From: Paraspadella gotoi
Lineage: Eukaryota > Animalia > Chaetognatha
Assembly: GCA_051294375.1 (NCBI GenBank)
Contig: JBJCIZ010000239.1
Span: forward strand, 2,927,476-2,991,475
Length of the DNA: 64,000 bases
Direction: 5' to 3'
A model generated the notes under the pieces. That model did no database searches. It was not told the DNA's origin and was given only the letters and a program-made list of their open reading frames with translations. How positions within the stretch are numbered: position 1 is the first letter of the stretch; the number at the start of each line of letters is the position of its first letter. The translations under genes and the position numbers were made by a program. This document shows positions 53,879 through 64,000 of this stretch, piece after piece.

Positions 53879-55271
53879 TGAAACCTAGCACGAACGCTAA
53901 ATGAATATTTTTGAATGAACGGGGACAAAAAATATGGGCGCTGATAATCATGATGTTTGTAAAATGCTAAAGGAATGGCGCCGTTTATTTCACCTGCTCA
54001 GTTGCTTACCTAATCCGGACAAAATTATGCCAATGAACTTATTGACGACTATATGCGAACGTCATCAATGTTGAATTACTGCATTACACGATAATCAAAT
54101 GACCAAATGAAAAATGACTAATTGCAATGACTGGTAACTTAGCACACATTGATATAAAATTTTGTTGATTTTAGATAGATATCATCACAGACTTAAAAGA
54201 GTTTTCCCACTACTCACCTCCATCAAAAATCATTATTATTTTAAATCTTAATATTTCGGCATTACTAAATTACAACTAGGAATCCAGATAAAATCATATA
54301 AACAACTAATAAATAATTTACGCTTTAAAGAAATGGGATTAAAGTTACATAAATTTAAAATATATATGGATCTCGAATTCAGAACGAAAAAATAAATTTA
54401 AATAGCCTTTAGCCAAACAATGTAAAAGTTTACACTGGATTCCAAATTAGACCCGACTCTCTAAATCTATTCAAAATCAAATCCTGTTGGACACAAACTC
54501 TCGTCGGACTTTATTATAACAGATTTTTTACTAGAGGTGAACCCAGACGGTCTAATTTCTATGTAGCCCGCTACTACTAATTTTAGCACACCGGTTACAA
54601 AAGTTTTTGAAAATAAACAATAAAATAATCGTGCTGTTAAAACAAACTCACTCAGTGCAACTAAAAAAAAGCCTTACGTGATAGTCAACCCATTTAAATG
54701 TAATATTTTGAAATATAAGGATTTATATCGTTTTTATTTAAAAATTAACATTAGATGAAAAATACAGAAATGTTTTCCCAATTCCACAAAGCCGAAATTC
54801 GCCGGAAAAAACAACAAAATGACTTTAAATAATGTTATAAATTCGCTAATGAAGAACAGTAGACCCCCACCAAAATTCACTCAGCGACTTAAAATGTCTG
54901 ACTGGCTAGAAAAAGGGGGAAAAAATTAGCCAAATACGACAAATGTCGCGTAGAAACTAATTGGCGCGAGCTACTGTACATGGATAACTTCTATAATAAC
55001 GCTGACATAAATATATTATTACCGTAAGAGGGTAAATAAAAGTAGCCAAAAATACTAGAAAAAAAATCGAGCATTCGAAGAAATCGACGGGCGCCATTGG
55101 CATTAAAAAAAAAAAAAAAACTACAAAATTAACGTATGTAAAATGAATGATTTTTCTCCAGGTTGACAAACCAGAAAAATATTAACCCCGGGATTTTTTC
55201 GAATCCTCGGATCGAAAGAGAGCTGGTAGAAGAGTACTAGTAGACTTTGCTGCTTAGCTTCGCGTGTGGAC

Positions 55272-57470
55272 TTAGTTAACGACGCCCAACTTTTTTCTCA
55301 CCATTTCGTAGACTACGTAAGAAATCGAAACTGCGGGCGCGACTTTCAAAAAGTTAGGCGCTATTCCCCTGTAGAGTCCTCTGAATCCCTCCCGTTTAAC
55401 GATAGTCCTAATTAGGCCCCTCATGGTTGTGTCCTCATCCACGGCGGTCGTCGTGCCTGCCGCTTGCATTTTAGTTCGGACGAGGGCCAAAGGATAAGAG
55501 GCCAATTGGCCGCAGGTCGAACTGACCGTCCCGCAGAGGAGCAAAACAAAATTGTTGGGATCGGCGTTGTCCGGGTGTCTCGATGTGTACTCCTTCTTCA
55601 ACGTTTCGTACACCGTCAGGTCTATACCCGCGTACGGTATGATGCCCATGATGTTGGGCAAGTACCCCTTGTAAAACGCCTTCGGACCCTCCTTCTTCAA
55701 ACACTGGAGTCCGCAGTCCAAAATGCCCTTGTACTGGCCGGACTTTCCGATGGCCAATCGCGTTTTGATGAGTTCCATGGGATAGATGCACGTTTGGGCG
55801 AGAGCGCCGGCCGAAGAGCCAGCCACCATTCGCTCCCAGGTCCGCAGTTCGGTCTCGCGGTCGCCCTTGATGAGTCGCTTGAAGTTGTCGTACGCCATGA
55901 ATTTGATGGCAGATTCGGGAGCGATCTTGACCACGTTGACACCGTTGCCTCGCCATAAGGAACGATAGCCTCCCTCTGATGTCATGTGGCGGTAGACGGA
56001 GACGATCGTCATCTTGTCGCCGTGTTTGGAGCCGTAAACTTGCAACATGACTACGAGGGGAAAGCGAGGTCACAAAATTACAACTCAGAAATGATCCGCG
56101 AGTCCCCAGGACCCCCCTCCCCCCAAAAAAAAACCTTTGAGGCGGTCCAAAGGCGCCGTGCAAGTCCGGGAAACGGCTCCGGCCGCTGCCCCGGCCACAA
56201 GATGCCGCCACCACATTCCCGTTTGTAGTTCGGTCTCGGTGAAATCGTCGGGCACGAGCGAGTCTTCCCCGATGTCGAGGAACGTGGCGTGGCGCCAGTA
56301 GTGCACGATGTCGTGGATGTCGACGTGCGGCTGCCACAGCAACGAATCCCTCCACTCCTCCCAACTGATGGTAAACGAGTTATTGCGGTCCATTCGCTTG
56401 AGGAGAATTTCCGACTCTGTCTCGCAGATGTCGATGCCATTTCGTTTGAAAGATTCCTGGGGAAAAATTAGAAAATTTTCAAATTTATAAAAATGAGGTT
56501 ATTAGAAAGATTATGATTAATAAATACTAAAGAAAAGGGGTAAAAAAAAAAAATTAGAAGCAATTTCTCCTCTTTGGAGAAGCAAATTGCCACCTCCAAA
56601 GATCGGCAACTCTGAAAAGAGGGAAGTCAAAAATTGCAACGACCATCTTTATTCTTTTAAACAGCGCCGATTTGTTTCGCACGTCATTAAAAAGTCTAGA
56701 ATACTTCTAAAGTCAGATCAAGCTCATGCTCATTTTGAAGTTTTCTATTCAAGATTCAACGTCGCAAAAAAACAATACCATATGCCTTAGTGCTTTTCAC
56801 TTACTGTTTTACAGGTTCCGTTAGCTAATGCCTGTCGAAAGAGATAAGCCGGACTTAAAATCTTTTTTGCAACGCATCAAGTATAAAAAATAAGATAGTA
56901 AATTGTTTTTACATTTTAGTAAGAATAAGAATAAAGTAGTAAGCACATACCCGTCTATCATAACTTTGGATTAAGCTGATATTAAAATCTTAACTTCATG
57001 ACATAAAAAACAAAGCCGCCCAGAAGATAAATGCGCCGGCACATAGCCTAGTAAAAAAAAAACCTAAAGCTCAAATTAAAACCTGAATTTCGCTGAGAGT
57101 AATTGTTCCATCTTTGTTCGTGTCGATAGTTTTGAAGACGAGCTTGAGATTATGTTCGTGTTGTAACATGTAGTTGGCGAACTCATGAAAATTCAAAAGT
57201 TTATCTCCGTCGTCGTCGGCGCGCTTCATGAAAACCTCGGCGGAGCCAATGAGTCTAAATTAAAGAAATATATGATAGTAATTAACTCAGTTAACACAAA
57301 AACATGGACAAGAAATGAACAAACCTAAGCTCCCGAAAGGATTTGGCCAGGTCCTCGATGCAGACCTGACCGTCATCGTTTCGATCGAGTTTGGAAAACA
57401 GCTCCTTCAATCGAGTTTCATCTTCCACGGAAATCTCGGAAAGATTTGGAACATCAGACTTGAACATCAT
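55272..57470 (-). CDS. Calcium-binding mitochondrial ATP-Mg/Pi carrier (SCaMC, SLC25A23/24/25 family), 4 exons
   Basis: Four EF-hands ([32 protein letters not shown]), then DIGED...WWRHLVAG...[33 protein letters not shown]. Confidence 0.95.
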
Positions 57471-57804
57471 AAAACTTCGTCGACTCGGAAAGGGAGGGAG
57501 CCCAAGGCCGAAGCCGTCGTCAAGAGAGCGACGGCGTCATCTTGGCAACCAAACAGGGGACACACATATATATTTTCGGAACGTTTCAGAAATTTTGTCG
57601 ATGGGGTAGTTTGTAGAAACGGTTAGACGGAAATCATTCAAACAAAAATGACCTCAAATTTCGTTGATTGAAATATCTGAGCATTTTAAATCACGCGAGT
57701 TTTCGCAAGTTCGGAGATCTCGAAAAGGCCTAAATAATAAAAAATATAGTAATGAACAGTTTAAATTAAAAATAAAGAGCAACTTATGAATAACCCAGTA
57801 AAAA

Positions 57805-60800
57805 TTATTCCAAATAGTATTTTTCAACGACGTGAAAAACTTCGAATAGGACCTCAATGGCGATGAGACAGATGATGATGGTCTCGAGTCGCGATCCGTG
57901 TTTATGACTCAAATCCGTGGACATCATCTGAGTGAGCTCCACGCAATGATCAAGTCGTTTGTTCATGACCGACGTTCTCTTCGGAATGTTCAGGTGGATG
58001 AAGGCCTTTCTGTATATCCTCTCCAACTCTGGACGATCCCAGTAGAAATCGGGAACGTCCAACAAATCCGACTCGAGATTGATGTAGTGCTTCAAGACGT
58101 AAAACTCGCCCGACTTGATGAGCACGTCCTTCTGCGATAGCTTCGGGTTGCGTCCCATTCGCAGATCCTCCGAAATCTCCTGGATGGAGACGACGTACTT
58201 GGAGAGAGTCTCCTCCCAAACGGCCAGTTTGACGGACTGAGCCAAGGCGTTGGACACGGCATATTTGACGAATCGTTGCTCGATTTCGTCCATGGTGGAA
58301 CCGAGATAAACGACGCCGTCGCGGGAAAAGGCGGAAAAATCTTTGGCGCTACTGTTAACGTCCAGATAGTCTCGTTCGGGATCGACGCAAGATTTGAAAT
58401 CGTCCTATAAAAAAAAAAAAAGAATTGCATAACGTCTCTTCGGAGGCGTGGGTTCGAATCCCACCGCTGTCACCACATTTATGTAAGACGCGATGTACAG
58501 TCTCGTAGAAAAAACTATGCAAGTTAAAAAAAAAATTCAGTATTGATTTTTTCATTTTTTATTGTTTCTCATCCGAGGGCATTACTCCCTGAATGTTATG
58601 TAGAAAAATTAATGCAAAATCTCTTAAGAGGAAAGGTCATTCAGCATAACAATACGTAATCATTGATGTGTTAGAGCTAATATATCGAGAAATACTTTAT
58701 AGTCATCAGTAATCACAAAGAAATAAGTTCTTATTTATTTGTGTTCATTCTGTTTTCAATAATTTTTTTTAAATGGGTAAATAACAAAATTGTTAAGTTA
58801 AATGGGTAAGCACATTTTTTAAAGATTTTGTTTTTCAATCTGGTTGTTAAAAAATTCTAGGTAAGAAGTTAAAACACGGTATGGGATAGTTTTAGAAGGG
58901 GAGAATTAAACAATTAATCTCGTTATCTCTGTTGTTTTCCAGTCATGAACAAAATCTTCAGTTAAATAGATGGTAAAGAAATTCGAGCTACAATGAATCT
59001 ACACTGAATTTGAAGAGTTGCAGCCTAAACGACTGCAATAATATGGAATTAAAAACTTGATTAGCAATCTTAAAAACATTTGTAAAAATGTAATAGAGAG
59101 ACATTTTGATAAACGCGTTCCAGTTAGAAAGAATTCAGGGTTAAAGTTTAAAAACGTTTCATTTTCAAGGATACAAGTTGAAATTTAAAAATGTCTCTCT
59201 ATTACATTTTTCTAATTCAGTAATAAAAAATTCATAAAAAATATCAGATGGATTGGCCTTTTCGTTTGACCTGCAACTCTTCAGATAGGTTTCTTTTATT
59301 TTATATTATAATTAAAACGATATAAAATGGGGTAGAATGCATCAAATGCTTAAAGTGAATACATTTTCGGAATCGCCGGGAGCTCAGCTTTCTGAATTTG
59401 TACTCCATTTTAGCCTATTTTGAAGTTGAATTGAATGACCCTTTTTCTTAAAGCTCTCAAGATACAGTTAAATACATAAATGCTGACAGAATTCAAACTA
59501 AAAAGAAGATTGGTTTATTCTTTAACATGTGAAAAACATATCTCTTAAAAAACAATGCAATCGGAATCTCCTCTGTTTAAGCTGTCGTTTGATATCAAAA
59601 ACTTCAAACATTTGTCTGTCCATATGTCTGTCTGTCCATCCTTTCTCCAGTACCTTTAAAGTCTTATTACTTATGTTTGGATGAATCAATTGAGTTGAAA
59701 TTTTTCTGTGATTAAAAAACTAGTTCATTGAGCTGGAATTCAAGTTTCAATGGAATCAAGCTAGTAGAAGTAGGTTTTAATAGAAAAAGTAAAGATAAAT
59801 TTTAATTTATTAATTTAATTTGTATTTTTTAATATTATTTTTAGATGCGCCGAGATTAAGAGCCACGCAAGTCTATCAAAACTTTTTTTATTTTCGTTAT
59901 ATACGGTCGATTTTTATTTTACCTAAAGCTAATCTTCAATTTATATTTACTACAGTACCGGAAACCTAGAATGTCATAAATCTGTACATGGGATAACTTT
60001 TCCATTTATAGGATAAATGGCTTTAGGATTTTATAGGACGTTGCCTGGATGTCTGGCTATTGCCCATTTAAGCAATTTTTTCAAAAAATAATCTTAACCA
60101 CTTAAAAATTGGGTCAAAATTTTTTTTTTAATTTTGCTTAGCTCTAATATATTTTAAATTTTTTTCTAAAAATTTTGCTAATTGTACTCAAGAGGGTTTG
60201 TAAACTTCTGTAGAAATATTGTTACTATCAAAAAGTTTTTTTCCATATTTATCAGTGCTAATATTTTAGATGGGTCATTTTTTCAATGATACATAACTTC
60301 CTTATTTGTGAATATTATGGTTTTAAATTTTAGTAATTGGTGGGCCTTGGGTAGTCCTGCAATACATATATTTATTGATAAATCAACCACTTATTAATTA
60401 TATTCATATCCATAGTCTATGATCTGGATTGAAAATTAGACCTCAGGATAAGTTTTTACCATAGAGTTCATTACTGTTGGTCACTTTGTTGTCCATACAG
60501 TTGCTGACTCTCTTTCTGTCTCTCTCTCTTTCTTCCTTAACCAGTGCCGCGATTTCACTTTTCAGTCACATAAAATATCTTTCTTATCTGACGTCTCCTG
60601 GTTACGAAAAAAAAATATTTGTGATAGCCTTGAACGTGCAACCTTCACATCTTAAACAACAATCAGAATTCTTTCTCTCACTTTAGCTTTTGCTCTCTAG
60701 CTCTCACTCTTTGCCTCACTCTCTCTATGTCGCTTTCTCTTTGTTTCTGCATCAATTTCAGAACTTTTGCTCACTTACATTACATTAGACACATTACAGT

Positions 60801-63251
60801 ATTATTATTAAAAGCAATGATTCATAAAAATTAATAGCAAATGATCACAATAACATAAGATAAGAAAAACTGTCCTCCAAATCCCTCTTGAATACTTATG
60901 GAAAACATAAAAGAAAAAAAAAGAAAAAACGAAAAATTTAAAAAAAAAACTTTTCAGACCATGCTCACGAAGAATTATAATTTTGGATAAAAAATAAATA
61001 AATCAAAAAATAAAAACATCAGATTGTGACAAAATCGATTGGGAAAAATCTGATTTTTTTCAAAATGCAAAATTATTTCTCAAGTTCCTTATTTATAATT
61101 CTCCATGAGACAAATGTTTTTTTCGAAAATTTAAATATTCACTTTTAATTAATTAAAAATCATTTTAGTATACTAAATTTTAAAATATTTTTATAAAAAT
61201 TTATACCTAAAGTTCTAAGAAGATGCTTTTCCCAAAAATGTCTCTTAGATCTTTCTTAAAACGCCAAACAAGTTACAGCCACAAAATGAATACAAAAACT
61301 AGAAAAAAGCAATATTGTTTTGTCATTCTGATTTAGAGATATTTGGTTAATTGTTATGCCTTAAATTTCCTTTAAATGAAAATATATAGGTTTAAAAGAT
61401 AGCTCTTGATCTCTAGTTGTAAATTGAGTTTGAATATAACTTTTTTTAATCAACAAGTTTAACCCAGATTAATTACAATGACGATGGTATGAATTTTTGT
61501 CACCGTTTTAAGCTAATTTTAGCCTGATTTTTTACATATTTTGATTATCTTTGCGATCTTACTGATTAAAAACAGTCATGGTAAAAAAAGCCTATGTTCT
61601 TTCGAATATAAGGCATATGTTAGTAATGAGACAGAGTAAAATTTTGGTCACAAGATAAAGAATTTTGCATGAGAAGAGCGTGAATAAAATTTTCCACGAG
61701 ACTGTGCACCGCGACGTAAGTAGACAGGGATTTGAACATGAAACCAAACAAAACAATATTTATTGATATACCCGACAAATTCAAATTTTAATGGGAACAG
61801 CATTAAACTAATCCATTATTGGATTAATTATTGTGTTAAAATATTTTTTTTGCAAAAATGTTCCGAACCATGAGTAATTCGCTAATTAATATTATTATAT
61901 TGCTATATAATGTTAAAAATTTTTTGGTTATTTTTAAGTTTTTTTAATTGATTCTGATAGAGCTTAAAAAGTTAAGCAAAAAATATAATTACAACTTTTT
62001 AAAATTTTGATGTTTTATTACTAAAAATTAGTAAAAAAACTGCTAAAATCATCAGATGATGATGATGATGATGATGATTTTTTAAGGTTTTTATCAATTT
62101 AAACCCACGTATCATCAAAATATTGAAAAAAGAATTATACTTTGTGTAGATAACTTTTTATAAGCTATTTGAATTTGCTTTTAAAAATATAAAATTCAAA
62201 AAAAATTTTTTTACATTTCCTATCTAAAAATAAATATTAAAAAATTAATTACTAATGCTTCTTGCCATTTTAGAAAATTTTGCTCCAATGAAAGTTTTCT
62301 CAGAAATGTATGAAGTTTCACTTGGAAAGGTTCCCAAATCAAACTTCTGACCCACCCCATTGACGAAGTTTGGCTCTAATGAAGACGGTGTCAATTTTGG
62401 ACAGAATACCCAGATACAAAATCTACATCTATTTATACAGAGCAAGTGGATCAGAGACGTGGGTAAATTTTACAGCCTCTTCGCTCATTGGCCGCTTCCA
62501 TTTGAGTCTCGACCAATCAGAGAGCTCGATTCCATTCTGGTAATTTCTTCCCGAGCCTCCGATCCGGTTCCGTCTCTATATAAGAGAGCTCGATTCCATT
62601 TCGGTGATTTCTCCCCGAGCTTCTGATCCGGTTCCATTTCTGTATCTCCTGTGATGGAATAAAAAATAGAGAAAAAAAGAATAAAAGAAAGAGTACCCAC
62701 TCTAATTTCCACGAATTCCAGCATCTGTAGTAACGATTTGTTTTCGGAGGCGCTCATGTTCCAGCAAACGACGGCTCCCTCGCGAAAGAAGAAGACGTCA
62801 CGCGAAGGCGAATCATCTTGACGGTAGAGGGCGCGCGCGTAGATGACGTTTGTCAACTCGTGGCCGAGATCCAGAGGCTCGTAAAGCCGTTTTTCCTTCC
62901 ATCAAACACACAACGCGCCGTCGAGGAAAAAAGATTTTTTTTCTCGAATTTTCGTGACTGACGATCTTTGAAAGTTCAAACCTGCAACGACTGCAGCAGC
63001 TTGTCCATGTCAAACTCGGCGCCAAAAGCGTAGCCGACGACTGCCTTGTGGAAGGGAATCCCGTCGTTCTCGAGGATTCGCGGACGACCGGATCGGGAGA
63101 CGAGCCGCGTCAGCGGGAGGCTCGACAAGTGGTTCGGCTGGAACGCCTGATTCGAGACGGCTCGCGCTTTGGGAAGGTTTTCGCCGACGATTGTCGATTT
63201 TTGTAAATCGACGGGGGAAAAAAAACGACAAAGACGATATAGAGACTTCAT
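57805..63251 (-). CDS. RMND1: RMND1/Sif2-like mitochondrial protein (DUF155), 3 exons with a 4.3-kb intron
   Basis: VFFFREGAVVCWN, KYAVSNALAQSVKLAVWE, INLESDLLDVPDFYWDRPELE, RLETIIICLIAIEV. Confidence 0.92.
58434..58475 (+). pseudogene. 3' half of tRNA-Leu (AAG/TAG type) ending in CCA
   Basis: GTCTCTTCGGAGGCGTGGGTTCGAATCCCACCGCTGTCA-CCA covers the variable arm, T-arm and 3' acceptor strand of metazoan tRNA-Leu; there is no D-arm or anticodon upstream. Confidence 0.85.
58484..61718. mobile_element. Non-coding AT-rich element(s) of about 3.2 kb bounded by 29-bp imperfect inverted repeats
   Basis: 58484-58512 matches the reverse complement of 61690-61718 at 24/29 positions; no transposase ORF inside. 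Confidence 0.5.
59011..59283. repeat. Nested foldback / MITE-like inverted repeats
   Basis: Perfect 24-bp inverted repeat (59084-59107 / 59188-59211) inside a perfect 13-bp inverted repeat (59011-59023 / 59271-59283). Confidence 0.75.
61769..62378 (-). mobile_element. 610-bp TA-flanked interspersed repeat, copy B, in the RMND1 intron
   Basis: Reverse-complement match to 44989-45598. Confidence 0.85.
62519..62635. repeat. Imperfect tandem duplication (53-bp core, period 64)
   Basis: agagagctcgattccatt...gatccggttcc at 62519-62571 and 62583-62635. Confidence 0.85.
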
Positions 63252-63253
63252 AT

Positions 63254-63275
63254 CTGTAGTAAAAATGGCACTGAC
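63254..63275 (-). promoter_or_regulatory. Splice acceptor 2 nt upstream of the RMND1 ATG (candidate trans-splice site)
   Basis: Minus strand reads tgccatttttactacAG|AT-ATG, about 215 nt after the FEN1 stop. Confidence 0.6.
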
Positions 63276-63468
63276 AAGGATTACGAGTTGAAACATTGAG
63301 TGCTTAACAATGGTAGAAATCTTTATCATGGATTGAAACGTAACAATTATGAGTGATCGTGAGTTTTCCGAAAGTTCAATAAAAAAAATCAACAATAACA
63401 AAAATAATCAAATGAGATTTGTAATGAACAACTTTGTTTGTTCCAGTATAAAGAATTAAATTTTTTTT

Positions 63469-64000
63469 TTACTTGGGCCTTTTGAATGCTGCTTTTCCGG
63501 TAGATTTCGACGCGCCCTTTGCGGTCTTTGCTTTCTTGTTGTTGTTGCCTTTTAATCCATCTTCCGATTTACGTTTGTTGGCGGCGCTTGGACTTTGAAC
63601 TGTCTAAATTAATAAACGAAGCGGTATATTATTTAATCCTCAGACGAGTTAGTGTGGCAGACGCAAAAGTAAAAAAGTCGGGACATGAAAAATACCTTGA
63701 AAAATGAATCCATCCTCATTTGCGTTTGACCTCCTCTCGCTTTTGCCAATCGTTTGGAACTGGAGCGGATTCGATCTTCGCTGAAATTCTTTTCTTTGCA
63801 CATGAATTCCACTAAAGCCTCTTCGTCAGGCTCCGTCCACTGGTCACAGAAAAAATCAGGTTCACCAGTCACCGTGAATACTCCGCCCCCCCCCCAAAGT
63901 TTCACTTTCAAAAAAAACCTTTAAATCCAGCGAGGCGGCGTCGACGACGTCGGGTTCCTTGAAGAGTCGCCTCGCCTCCACGAAGAGCCAGTCTTCGGGC
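63469..64000 (-). CDS. FEN1: Flap endonuclease 1, 3' part
   Basis: [17 protein letters not shown]...LK|[27 protein letters not shown] box QMRMDSFF, basic tail. Confidence 0.95.

Noticed and set aside
62485-62650. ORF-track extension of RMND1 exon 2 through the tandem duplication
   Set aside because: A donor at about 62698 joins in phase to the conserved exon at 58404; the extension is intronic repeat sequence.

Overview
Eukaryotic (animal, invertebrate-like) genomic DNA with GC-rich exons, short AT-rich spliceosomal introns and two N-gaps. I can build 20 intron-containing protein-coding genes. Nineteen are on the minus strand. In transcription order they are FEN1 (partial), RMND1, SCaMC/SLC25A24-like, POLR2G, PRMT1, ZRANB1/TRABID, MRPL41, COQ5, CUL5, nanos, a C2H2 zinc-finger gene, GPKOW, SYCP2-like, ACTR10, PARN, CCDC97, HEATR5, PMS2 and tweety (partial). 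The one plus-strand gene is a 6-exon divergent TSPO-like gene that the ORF track shows only in fragments. Twelve of the 18 minus-strand stop-to-ATG gaps are under 400 nt, many start codons have a 3' splice acceptor 0-32 nt upstream, and several junctions have no AATAAA. The main inference is very long operon-like polycistronic transcription resolved by spliced-leader trans-splicing. Other content: a box C/D snoRNA candidate, a DIRS tyrosine-recombinase retrotransposon in a PARN intron, a 610-bp TA-flanked repeat present twice in inverted orientation, a CCA-ended tRNA-Leu 3' half beside an inverted-repeat-bounded element, a ~290-aa acidic insertion in COQ5, and several GC-AG introns. All family assignments come from motifs I recognised by eye; no database search was run.
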